A DNA stretch of 64,000 bases from Bispira polyomma (lineage: Eukaryota), in assembly GCA_965649765.1 (NCBI GenBank), contig OZ287750.1:46314001-46378000 (forward strand), written 5' to 3'. Made by a program: the position numbers and the translations under genes. Within the stretch, counting starts at the first letter, position 1. Each line of letters starts with the position of its first letter. Positions 24,424 to 36,281 of the stretch are shown piece by piece. Under the pieces are notes generated by a model. The model ran no database searches and was not told the DNA's origin. It was given only the letters and a program-made list of their open reading frames with translations.

Positions 24424-24467
24424 GTAAACAACATGGCGGCATGGGTAACGTGACCCTCCCCACCAAT
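24424..24467 (+). promoter_or_regulatory. Candidate proximal promoter elements of the GADD45 gene (forkhead, YY1, CCAAT)
   Basis: GTAAACA (24424-30) overlaps CAACATGGCGGC (24429-40, the YY1 consensus CAANATGGCGGC); CCAAT at 24463-67. All lie 240-280 nt upstream of the ATG. Motif matches only. Confidence 0.45.
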
Positions 24468-24704
24468 CAAAATAGCAGATTCTTAGGAAAACCTCATGAA
24501 TATGCAGAAGGGGAATTCGTTGTCTGCGCACAAAGAACGACTTTGAGGAAAAATACTGATTACGTTGCATATATGCTGCAACCAAGTAGACCTAGGTCAT
24601 TCCACTGATAAACATTGAACAAGAAAGACGTGTACTTGTAAATTACCTTGCAGAACATAAGAAAATAAAGTATTAACCCAGACAGGATTACTCTAAAGGA
24701 TAAC

Positions 24705-24751
24705 ATGACTCTTACTGACAACGAAATAGAAGTCTCAACAGATATTACAAG
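24705..24751 (+). CDS. GADD45: GADD45-family protein (paralogue 1), coding exon 1
   Basis: MTLTDNEIEVSTDIT(S), a GADD45-like MTL start. Donor AG|gtaatt, phase 2, compatible with exon 2. Confidence 0.75.
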
Positions 24752-27700
24752 GTAATTGCATTAAATTTGTACATTTTTTAGTAGATATTACTTTCATGAT
24801 GCAACAATAAGGTGTTATTGGTGCTTGTTATGTTGGAGATCTTTGTGATGAGTTGTGTACAAAACCATTTTATGTTTGAGTTTCTTTTAATATTCATATT
24901 ATGTCTTTATTATTTGATTGATAGTACAAATAATGTAAAATTTGCAACATAAAAGTTGAGTTAATGCAGCTTCATATATAATGTTTAACTTTGATTGGTG
25001 ATATTTACAGTTATAGTGGGTGTGTACAACGGTACACGTGTTAATGTTGATAAATTCTGATGATTCAGCTTGATTCATCAGAGCTGTAACTGGTGTCTGA
25101 GTCATTACTATCATGAGCCCAGAATATAGTACTCTATGAACTCACATGTGTAGTTTTAAGGTGTACCCCTACAAATGGTTGATAGTGGAGTTTACAAATT
25201 GTAAATAGTGGAGTCTCAGACCCTTTTTAAAAAACACTCTCCAGTGGCAAACAATTAGACTTCTGGTGATTCTAAATTTCTGGTGAAGTTTACATGTTCA
25301 ATTGTGTTAATTGTCTTTGTGTTTATATCTCAGTTAAATTTTTGAGGCGACCTCAAGTAGGGGTTTGCCAAGAGATAGTTAAGTGATTTTTGTTCAGGTG
25401 TGATAGGGGTTTTATGTGTTTTGGTGTGTATTGGTGAGTCACTACAATAAAGCTACTTTAGTTGTAGTCAGGCATATTACTCATTATAAGGCAGACTAAA
25501 CTATCTGTCTGATTACTTTGACATATTCCTAGGAAAGAAGACTTTTAGACCTGCACTCAAAAACTTCAATAGTTGCAAACAACAGTTCAGTGCACTACTT
25601 AATTTTATACTGCATGGGGAACTCGGGAATAAATGAGTGTGATAGAGATTAAGGTCAGTGAGTGCAAAGCGATAGAACGGTTGAAGACGTAATAGATGAT
25701 TTGGAGGCTTTTAAGTAAATGTATAGGAAGATCTAGTGGTGTGTTCTTTTTATGAACCTAATCACACAACAGATTCCACGAAAGTTTATTATTGAAGTAC
25801 ATTTTTATTGTCTACACTCCCAGTAGAAAATAAACACATCTGTTGCATATATGTTCATAAACAATTTGTTTACGTTTCTGCATATTTAAAGAAAGAAAAA
25901 CATCATGAAGAGTTGTTTCTTTCGCAAAGTCTCTTTCAATGAATTTTATAAAATGTTGGGTACTGAATCAATACAGAGCTGCTATATAGTTTCCTTCTGT
26001 TGTAAAGAAACACATATATCTGTTCAGTGCAAAACAAAAGGCTGTTGATCAGTTGTTTCTAACTTGAGATAATTGTTTCTACCGAGTATACTGTTGATGT
26101 GTAAATGTCACATTGCATTTGTGTAAGACCCAAAAGTTGTTGACATCACAAGCATATATCTCTTGATGTCACATACCCACACCACACTTAGGACATGTAT
26201 ATTGACCCTAAAACAACTTCATCAGGTCATGGTTTACCGTCTAGATATCTCCAATTTAGGGCAGGTTGGGAGGGTATACGTGTGTTTGTGGGCCAACGTT
26301 GTTATGGGAGGTTGGGAGAGGTTTGTAGAATTCTACTTAAAAACAAGTTTGATGTTGTCGCTTACGGGGAATTTGACAGACATATATTCTGTTATTTGTT
26401 TACCTTTATATCTGACACCCCTAGAAAAAAGCATTAAACTTAATAACACACAAATAAGGCGTTCACGGACTATAGGGTTTACTGTATGTTAATGGTAAAG
26501 GTTTGTTTAGAAGTAAACATTTATAACAGGGAGAGGAGGGGGAGGGGTTATGCTCATAACAAGCAAAATAAATGCTTATGAGGCATCTGTGTTTTTAACA
26601 ACGAGGCAAAATAATAGTAATACTTCACACATATATAGTATAATGAACGATAAACAAGTAAGACATTACAGTTGCAGTAGTTTTCAAAGAAAAGCAAATC
26701 ACGTATATACCTTACATTATATACACAAATAAATATATATTCTCCTACAAAACCCCAGGAACTTTTTTTAAAGAAGTGCCAATAGAATAGAATCCCAACA
26801 ACAAAGTCGATTATTTATGCTTCTTCATTAATTCACTAGATTTATTGAACTGGTGTTCATAAGTTTTGGTTACAGGAGGAGTAAACAGTTGCTAGGGTTG
26901 GAGTTAATTACCAGTAGAGCAAATAATAAGGATAAGAAATAAGTCTTGTGTAGAATTCTAAGTTAGCTATATTGCTAAGTTATAGCTACAACCCAAAAAA
27001 AATCCAGGGTTCGTCTAGTTTAGACTGGTTTCCAGTTTTTTGGGGCCTTTTCTTCTTTGTGTGGTTGGTTCTCTCTCTCAGAGTTCTCCATTGTGTGTTT
27101 GTAGGACAAAGGCTAAATGATACATATGTGTGTGTGTATACACAGAGCACGAGGTGGGCTGATATCATGTAATAATACACACTGACTGAACATGTGGGTT
27201 TGTTGTCAGAACACAAAGGAGCACTTATGAGCTAGGAACTTGCAACAACGTGGTTTCTGCAGTTGTAACATATATTTAAAGTATACAGAGCTGTTCTATA
27301 GCATTTAAAATCATTGTATTATAAAAAGGACTTGTTGCTTTTTTAATGTGTGATGGAATTGAAGTTAAATTAGCAATTTGAGGGGATCATTTTTCAATTG
27401 AAACTCAAGAAACATATTGTTGCCAAAGGGGTAACATTTCTATTGGATAAATAATTTTTCTGCCAGCCCATATGGGAGTTACATACAGGACAAGAAATCA
27501 AAACAACAGATTTTTTGGAAAGTACATTATATAATAAACAGACTTGGGACAAAGGAATATTATCAGTTAATATATATAACCTCATTTTAGTCAGACTGTG
27601 AAACTAAAAGTAAAAGGTCAGGAATTCCACTAGATTTTAACAGGAAGACTTTCATATATTTGCAACCAGAAATATCACTGTGGTGTGGACTTTGTGAAAT

Positions 27701-27818
27701 GAAAGGGAAGTAAAAAGTTTTTTGTTACAAACAAGAGAGTTGTAGTGACAATCCACTAAAAGTTTTAGTTTGTATATACTTGGACATCTTGCTGATCCCG
27801 AGTTATGCGTTCTTTCAG

Positions 27819-27953
27819 CATGCCCAACAAACTGAAGATGCCCATCACAGACAAAGTAGAGGTGGGCCAGGCACTCAGGGAGTGTCTCATCCAGGCCAGA
27901 GACTCAGGAAGGCTAACTCTAGGCTTAGATGAAGCAGGCCAGTTACTGGAAGT
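27819..27953 (+). CDS. GADD45: GADD45-family protein (paralogue 1), coding exon 2
   Basis: Acceptor ttctttcag; MPNKLKMPITDKVEVGQALRECLIQARDSGRLTLGLDEAGQLLE(V); donor gtaagt. Matches the GADD45 VGxALxxxLxxAxxxxxLTxG motif. Confidence 0.92.
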
Positions 27954-27983
27954 GTAAGTACCATATTGTAATATATAGTAATC

Positions 27984-28122
27984 CAGTGCAAAACTCTATT
28001 ATCCAAATAGATTTGATGAACTTATTTTCATTCTCCCAAATTTGAGATTATTCTCTTTGTTTTATACCATTATTTCTATTATCCAAACCAAAAAATTTGT
28101 TTAGATAATAGAGTTTCTACTG
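27984..28122. mobile_element. MITE family C (Tc1/mariner-like), degenerate copy
   Basis: cagtgcaaaactctattatc / gataatagagtttctactg; same family as 38092-38261. Confidence 0.6.
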
Positions 28123-29284
28123 CAATAAAAAAAAGATACAAGTTTGTATTGATGACCTAATGTCATTGTTGATGTTTATTTGTAATTAAAGTATTCTACT
28201 TCTAAGGTACTATGTAGTCTTCAGCATGTAATTGCATCTACTTGGGGAAACCCACATGATGATTTTGTACTCCACACTCGCCCTGTGACTTGGGGCATAT
28301 GTGCGTAGCAAAATGTGGCAAAATGTTGCTATGATGCAGATAATAGTGCAGTAATTGTTGTGCTAATTAACAAACAAAACACAAAAAAATCTAGGGAAAC
28401 CTAGCTGTTTAACCTACGTCATAGGTTTGGGGATGAAGCCATGGCTAAGTGGGAAACAGTGTTGTACAAATGACAAATACATGTGTAATAGGATTGAACA
28501 TAGATGATGCTTGCATCATACTTTATAACATCTGTTGCAGAGTACTGAATTGTTTGCAAGGTAGCCATAATATTTGTTAGAGCAATCACATTTGTGCAAA
28601 GGTGTTTAATACCATCTGATGTTGATTGTGGGGGGATATTGGCGGGGGGGGGGGGGGGGGCGATGGGGGGATATCTTGGCTTGTCACTCTGTGTGTTACA
28701 GAACAAAGCTCGTCACATTGACGTCAAGAACAGTTGTTTGCCATGTGGGTGCAAAGATTTACTTAGCGGAGGTGTGTGTGTGTAGGACATAACAAATCTC
28801 CACTAGTGTTTGTGGCCCAATTGTTCAGAAGTTGATTTAATTCTCAGAATTCTGTTAGCTTATAGGCAACCATTTCTTTGAATAGCTATTAAAACTTTTT
28901 TACCATGGTAGTTCTAGACATTACAAAACCAGCGTAGAAATAATTAAAACTGGGGCATTCAAAATCACATATTAGGGAATTTTAACACGGTACAGCAGAA
29001 ACTCTATTATTCAAATACAATGGGACAGAGAAAATATGTTCAGATAATAGAAACAGGGTTAAAAAATTATTATTTTTATTTGTATAAAACAATAGGGAAA
29101 TATAAATTTGGCAGGCTGAAATTGAGTTTTTAAAATTAACTGTTTGAATAATAGAATGTCTGCTGTATTTATTTACCAAGTTTTATCCCTTGTTTGGCAC
29201 TTTGGCAACTTAGTGGTGATATGCGCTCTACTGAGTACCTTTCTAGTTTTCTCTATAGTATCTGTTTCTTCTGTCTATTGACAG

Positions 29285-29405
29285 ATGCCCTGATGAGGTG
29301 ATGCTCTGCCTACTGCCTTGTGTGGAGCCCAGTGATGTCACACTACAGATACATGTCACTCTAATCCAGGCCTTCTGCTGGGAGAATGACATTAGAATCC
29401 TCAAG
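29285..29405 (+). CDS. GADD45: GADD45-family protein (paralogue 1), coding exon 3
   Basis: CPDEVMLCLLPCVEPSDVTLQIHVTLIQAFCWENDIRILK contains the GADD45 signature LQIHxTLIQAFCxENDI. Acceptor gacag, donor AAG|gtcagt. Confidence 0.95.
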
Positions 29406-31699
29406 GTCAGTACATCTAGGTCATATACTGAATGGCTGCAGGTCAGAGTGATTGACTGGTTGTGTGACTGGCTGTATGAATGAGTGAGTGCATTAGTGAG
29501 TGCAAGTGATAAAAGTAAAGTAAAAAAAGATGGTTATATGTTTTATGGGCAACAATTAAGCTGATTTCTGTGTACTTATAATTTAAACTACTTCCTAATA
29601 GATAAGCATTATACATACAAAACTTCCCAATGGATAAGCATTATACATACAAACAATGTGATGTAGCTATGCTGTAAGAGAATTAAGGCCATAGAATGTA
29701 TTACCTAGTTGCAAGCTGTATTACACAGATCTCTTGGAGGTTTATCTTTGACGTCAAAAAAGACTTCCAACAGATAAACAGTGCGTTGCTATAGCAAAGT
29801 GTATTTTGAACAAGTTTAGTGACTCTCTCTGTAGCTGTAACTTACTCCGTTCTTTAAGGTGATTTTTTTAAAGGCTAATCGGGTACAGAGGGTAAACAAA
29901 ACACAGCTTGTTGCCATAGTGATGTATATCTCGTTGCCCCAAAAGCCCTTAATTAAAAGCTAAGCAAAATAATAAATAACACAAAAAATATTTACCCCTC
30001 CTTTTTTTTAAATCGGTTGTATATATTGTCTTGTTGTGAACTGAAACTTGTAGGCCAGAGTAAGTCTTAGTGTGTTATGTGTTGTTGTACTTAAATAACA
30101 AAGGGAGAGAGATTTTTGACAAAAACAAAGTTGTAAAAGGAAAAACAGAAATTGTGGATAAATGGCTGTGTTGCTTTTGACACTTTTTAGAGTTTTAAAC
30201 AGTAGTGATTTAATTGGGACTTTTTTTGTTAAATACATCAACAAATAGAAATCCGTATTTTTCTGGCTTTGTTATAAAAGTAAAATTTGCTATCAATTTG
30301 CTTAGTTAGATGGCTAGGGTAGTTCAATGAGTTTATAACCCACTGACCTCCCACCTCTTACATAAGCATAAATTCCCCCTACCATACACATACACACACA
30401 TTTAGTTTTTGTCTGTCCCATCCAATGTCTTCCAGGTTTGAAGTGATAAATTACTCCCCAAAAACCTGCCCCCCAAAACAATGCTAACATGTGACTGTCA
30501 CAAAAAAGGGTCAGGCTTTTCCTGGAAATCAGGATGCTGTGTTTTGTTGTTAGGGGAAACAGTCAACACAGGAAGTTAGAAAGGGTGGGTCATCTCGTTG
30601 AGTATATTGACTCTGAGGGGGTAGGAAGAGAGGGGTGTTTTAGTAGGGTTTATACGAGGGAGTGATGTGTTTCAAAACCCCATTAGTACAGTGTGTCTTA
30701 AGCCCAGGTCAAAACAGCCATAGTGTATCCCAGCTGACTTATTGGGTTGTTTGCCTCTCAATTACTGGTGCCTTCAGTGCTCAGCTTTTACTACTTTAGA
30801 CATTTAATGTACAGCTGTCTAAAGTCAGTAAATGAAGACAATTTTTGCTGCATGCTCCAATTATTCTTAAGCTAAACTCAAGCTCCAGCTAAAAAGTATC
30901 TCACCCAGGCGGGAGGGGAGGAGACATATCACATCTGACTGCATCTTTGAATTCAGTGTTCAAATCTCTATTAAAATAAATGGTCACAAGTATAGGGTTA
31001 CTTCTAGATACATGAGTTACTCATTGCCATCACTTGAGTTTGAGCTTAGGGTTTCTTTTTTAAAATATGGACCCATATTGGCCCTGGATTACTTCCTGTG
31101 TCCTAGCAATAAGTCTTGTGTAGAACTTGCAGAAGAGGAGAAAAAAAACATTGGTACCAATGTGCTATATCCTTGTTGCCTGAAAGTAGATGGCGGGGTG
31201 GGGGCTGGAGAGAGAGGAGGCTTGGAAGGGTCATTCGGTACAGTATATGGGTTTTCGGGTCTTCTTCCCTTGATTGAGTGCTCTGCTATGGTTATGTGCC
31301 CTTTTTTGTACTGCAAGTGCAAAGAAACACACACACACTTACTCAGCCAGGCACTAAGGTCACACCGCTGGGGTTCAATAAGTACATTGCTGTCAGTGCT
31401 CCCAAGATCTGCCAGTCTAGAATATGAACAACAACTCAATAACCAACAGGCAACTACAGTGAATACTTGTGTTATATAACTACATTTTCTGCTCTAAGGA
31501 TTATAAAGAATAATTCCATGTAATATTTTGCCAAAATTCTGGAGTTTCATATGTTGTGCATATAGATATATCAACATTCCAGTTATTAGCCAACAATACA
31601 TACATACTTGTTTAATCAAATGTAAGTCTTGAGTTGTTAAATTATATGTAACGTGTTGTTATTATACAAGGGTTTTATAGTGACCCTAATGTTATTCGC

Positions 31700-31831
31700 A
31701 GGGGTTAATGGTGGCCTTAAAATTGTTCACCCGGCCACAAATTTGTGGTGGCCTTAAAGTTGTTCACAAGGGTTTATGGTGGCCTTAAAGTTGTTCACAG
31801 AGGTTTATGGTGGCCTTAGAGTGGTTCACAG
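31700..31831. repeat. Tandem repeat, ~31 bp x4
   Basis: ggtggccttaaagttgttcaca recurs four times. Confidence 0.85.
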
Positions 31832-32619
31832 TTGAGAACTTGATGAATACAGAGGTGTGTGTTTATGCACTGAGGCTGGTCTGGGGGACTTGGTGTATTA
31901 TTGATTTATTATCTGGTTTACTGGAGGTTTGCTACAAACTTGTATCTAGGGTGAGGAAAACAACCATTTAATTTACATCTCTGCATTAAATGAACTGGTT
32001 TATTGAAGCCACCAATATGAAGTCAGTAAATAGTACTAAATACTCCATAGTAGTAGTAGCTATTGATTCAATGCAGTGACATACTTTATCTATTTGTACT
32101 CCTTAGTTGGAGAGATTCTGGGGGAAAAAAATTTGAAGGGTTAAAATTTGTTTTTCATGTGATGAAAAAGGGTAAATTTTTTCCTGATTCATCACAATAT
32201 ATGACTCTTTGTATTTTAAATCTTTATTTACTAGTTACTAGTAGTATTTCCTTGTAAACCAAATAACTGGGCCTCCAATGCACTTATTATCAACTGTGTT
32301 GAAGTGCTGTCCTTTATGTAACTAAGGGGACAAAGGAGGGGGGTAATTCAGTGCATTGGTTGACATACATCATCAAATGTCTCATAGTGTCTGATAATAA
32401 ATGTCTTCTTAACTTGCGGTGGCCAAACAAAAGTACTTGAGTTTGGGTCTATATTTTGTACCACATAATGGCACATATAACACTCTTCTTATTGGTATAT
32501 AATAATATAACATACAACACACAATAAAGATGTAGTGTAAGAGTAGACATGTGGTGGGAGGTATCAGATTTAATCTAGACAAACCCTGAGTGGCTTTAAG
32601 TGTGGTAGACTTTGGTTCT

Positions 32620-32782
32620 GTCTATGGCTGGTTGTATGGCTATGCTTGTTACATATGTGTGTATTTATGGCTATGTTAATTACATGTATAGCTGTGTGTA
32701 TGGCTATATTTATAACATATATGTGTGTATGTATGGCTGTGTTTGTTACATGTATGTGTGTATGTGTGGCTGTATGTATGGG
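32620..32782. repeat. Degenerate TG/TA-rich tandem repeat
   Basis: Repeated tatggctat...tacatatgtgtg units. Confidence 0.7.
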
Positions 32783-33162
32783 TGTAACCCCCCACACTAT
32801 CTCTTTGTGCGGTGACAATGTACCAGACAGGAATGTGTCCCAGAAATCCACATATGCCTCCATATGATATCAGTATGTTATGTACTTCTAAATACCACAA
32901 ACATACCTTACAAGTAAGTGCAATACAAAAAAGGGAATCCCCTACTTTACCTACTTTACATAACTGGCATAGTTCAGACAATGTTGGCCCCCTTCCTAGT
33001 GAAAAACATGTAGGAACCTATTTTAAATATGGTAAAAAAAAGTGTTTGACATGATGAGTTTAATACAAGCTGATTGAGAGACAAAGATCTATGTATGGTT
33101 TCAAGTACATTTGGTTTAAAACCTTTGTTTGAAATAAGCCCAAAAAGCATCTGGTATATATA

Positions 33163-33506
33163 CAGGGGCGTAGCTACCATTAACGCTAGTATGCCCAGGC
33201 GTACCAATTTAATGACAAGAAGGAAAGAAAAAAATTTAAAAAAAATAAATTTGAAAAAAAAAAAAATTTATTTAAATTTCTTTTTATTCTGCTTTTTTTT
33301 TATTAGTAACACAGATTCTTGTTAAATAAAATTTTATTTGATTTGGTACTCCCAATTAAACCACAATATTATGTTAATGACCCCCCCCCCCCCCCCCCCC
33401 CCCCCCCTCCCCCACGAATTGAATTTTTGATAGGACAAAAAAGAAAGAACCTAAAATATTGGTTTAATTTGGGAGTACCAAATGAAAAATCCTGGCTACT
33501 CCCCTA
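33163..33506. mobile_element. MITE with CAGGGGCGTAGC-type TIRs and an internal inverted repeat around a poly-C tract
   Basis: Termini caggggcgtagcta / tggctactccccta; internal ttggtactcccaattaaacca / tggtttaatttgggagtaccaa. Confidence 0.6.
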
Positions 33507-34841
33507 ATATAGAATAAGTATAACCTCTTTATCCACACACCAGCCAACCTACACATAGTTGAGGTTTTATTCATGAAGTCTATATAGTCTCAGCCTTATA
33601 TTAGATAAAACATTTGGTACATTGTAACTATTTAAAAATAACTGTGATTCACATTTGATATAAAAAAGGCCATTCAAATGCACTTGTTCCATCAGGATTC
33701 ATAGTGTAAAATTTTTCCCCTGAGGCAGAAATTTTTTTAAATGACTGGTTGAACTTTATTGATAGTTACCTTAAATTAGAACCTACCCTATCATTAGATA
33801 GGGATATGTAAGATGTCACCCCCAAACAATGAAGTCACCAGGTAGATAAAAGGCCAGTTGTAAATTCCAGAGGGTTTATATTTAATTCCCAAAAATCTGA
33901 TGTCATCACACCTTGAATTGGTATATATTGATATACTGATAAACAAAATATGGTATTGCTCATGTTGATAAAAGAGTCGTATGTCAAGGTTTAACCTGAA
34001 CTGCATGAACCTGAAGATTGATGATAAGAAAAATTATTTAGAAAAAATTTGATATACATGTGAATGTGACTTTTGTATTTTGAAAGAAAAACAAAAAAAA
34101 AATGAAAGTTGCTTCAGTGCATTGAAAATGATCTGTGAAAAAAAGGAAGTTGCAGAAGTTTATAAATACATGTACATGTACTGTAATATGATTATGGTCT
34201 TGTATCCTATGTAAGAAAGCATGGCATGGAATGGTTGAGTCTATGAGTAGGTGTATGTCTGTGTGTGGGTGTCTGGACAATGTGGCTTTGTAAAGTTGAA
34301 AGAGTCTGAAGTTAAAAGACTATTTATAAAGTTTGAATGTATAAATAAAGTTCAAGTGGGCTGCCTTTATATCAATGGAATGTGTAACAACAAAGTGAAA
34401 ACTAGCAAATTTGAAACTTCAAAGTAAACTGTGTAACTGTGAGTCACTGTTTTATATTTGATGTTGTAAAAGCCGGTTAGTTCTTTATGATTAGTAAACA
34501 CAGTGGTAAATGGATGTCATGAGTAAGATTTAAATAAATAAGATTACAGACTCAAAACAAAGAGAGTGTCACAGTGTTTTATATGATTGCAGTCACACTT
34601 GTACATATACAGATTTACAAACACACCTGATAGTTGTCCTTAGGGAGAGCTTGATCTGCTAATAATAAGTTTTAAAAGCAAAGAAAGAAACCTTGGCCAA
34701 AGTGAGATTAAATAAGTGTTTATTATATCAATATGGTCACATTACAAAGGTAGTGCCTTCCACAAGTTTGACTGCATATTAGAATTTATAGCTGTGACTT
34801 GAGATAATCTATTAACCATGTCATTTCTCTGTCTCCTATAG

Positions 34842-34952
34842 GTTGATCAGGCTGATAAACTGATTACCATCCTCAATGAGATGACAGCCAACAACAACCC
34901 AGAACAGCAGAGGATTATGGGAAATTCCCCCTTCAACTGTGCTCTAATTGAG
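34842..34952 (+). CDS. GADD45: GADD45-family protein (paralogue 1), coding exon 4
   Basis: Acceptor tctcctatag; VDQADKLITILNEMTANNNPEQQRIMGNSPFNCALIE; donor GAG|gtgagt; phase 0 at both ends. Confidence 0.88.
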
Positions 34953-34959
34953 GTGAGTA

Positions 34960-35190
34960 TCTGCTGAACTCTGACATAATTACACAAAATTGTTATGCAA
35001 GTCCAACAACCTTTGACCCAAATTATACAGACTTCTTATATGTGCTTGAACTCTGACCTACTTGCACAGACTTTGTGTAATCTGCATGATGTCTGACCTA
35101 ATTACTACACACTTCTTGTATCAGTCTGTACTCTGACCTAATTAGTATACACTTCTTATATCAGTCTGAACTCTGACCTAATTACATACT
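34960..35190. repeat. Degenerate ~40 bp tandem repeat at the start of intron 4
   Basis: ctgaactctgacctaatt...acacttcttatatc recurs about six times. Confidence 0.75.
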
Positions 35191-35726
35191 TATTCTATCT
35201 TCCTTGTCTCTGATAAGATCTTAGATGGCTTCTGATAACGTATTTAGAATTATATCAGGCAGATTATTAAGCATCCTTGTAATGGAAGTTTATCTCATTT
35301 TATCAGAATATTTTTACCTATTAATTAGTAAATCTAAAAAATGTTAAATCAGTTGTGTCATGTTTAATATATTTGATAAAACAAAATTTTCTTTACACAA
35401 AGAAATAGATAAGGTCTCTTGACTCACATTGCTACAAAGGTTAGTCATAAAATGTATGAAGAGCTCATGTGTATCATTATACAAAACACTGAAATCTCAA
35501 AAGTTCTTTCAAGCCAGAACTTACCCATCATCTTGTGAACCATGACCTCCTTTTTGAAGGCACAGACAGTAAATAATAGGTCACAAATACTGGGGTAATA
35601 AAGTTTAAATCTATACTGGAAAAACTAGGTCAAACTCCCATTCTTCACCAATGTATCAATGTCAATTGAAGAAAACGATTTCTTTACCAATAGACTAATA
35701 TTCTCCCTGCCTCTTCTCTTTTCTAG

Positions 35727-35828
35727 TTCCCTTCCACACAGTGTTCTGAAGCAGATGAAACTGTCCTAGAGTTCCATAAAGTGATGAGCGACAATCTCCC
35801 GCAACCCGTGCTGCAGTTACCGGGCTGA
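35727..35828 (+). CDS. GADD45: GADD45-family protein (paralogue 1), coding exon 5 (stop)
   Basis: Strong polypyrimidine acceptor cttctcttttctag; FPSTQCSEADETVLEFHKVMSDNLPQPVLQLPG* ends in the family's PxxxLP motif. The joined CDS is 516 nt, 171 aa. Confidence 0.88.
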   Translation, partial: FPSTQCSEADETVLEFHKVMSDNLPQPVLQLPG

Positions 35829-36154
35829 GGTAACTCTGTGTACGCTGCTTCTGTAACATAAAGGTGAGCACTAAAACCCAAGTATCTACTAGCGCAAAAA
35901 TGAACCTAAAAATATTATTATAATTTTTTGTTTAAACTTTCTGTGTGTTCTTAAGTGTGTGTTAATGAAGTAGTAATGCATGAATTCTGTGCATAATAAA
36001 ATCATCTGTATGTTTGTAGATACATTAAATAGTGCAAGTTCATTAGTTTTTTTAAGTGTAATTAATATTTATTCTCTTAACTGTTCTATTACTTTATAAA
36101 GTATTTTTTTAAACAGCTGAATTGACAATTTATCTATAAAATAGTCAAAAACTT

Positions 36155-36263
36155 AAATTTGACTCTTATGTTAATGTTTGCTTTAAAATCATTAAAATTT
36201 GACTCGAATGTCAATGTTTGCTGTAAAATCATTAAAATTTGACTCGTATGTTAATGTTTGCTG
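36155..36263. repeat. 40 bp tandem repeat, about 3 copies
   Basis: aaatttgactc starts at 36155, 36195 and 36235. Confidence 0.85.
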
Positions 36264-36281
36264 TTATTTTTGTCTTTTCAG

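Noticed and set aside
29298-29483. 61 aa ORF as a standalone gene
   Set aside because: It is GADD45 exon 3 read through into the intron.
31012-31479. 155 aa (+) and 116 aa (-) ORFs in GADD45 intron 3
   Set aside because: No recognisable domain or convincing splice signals; probably chance ORFs in a GC-richer intronic patch.
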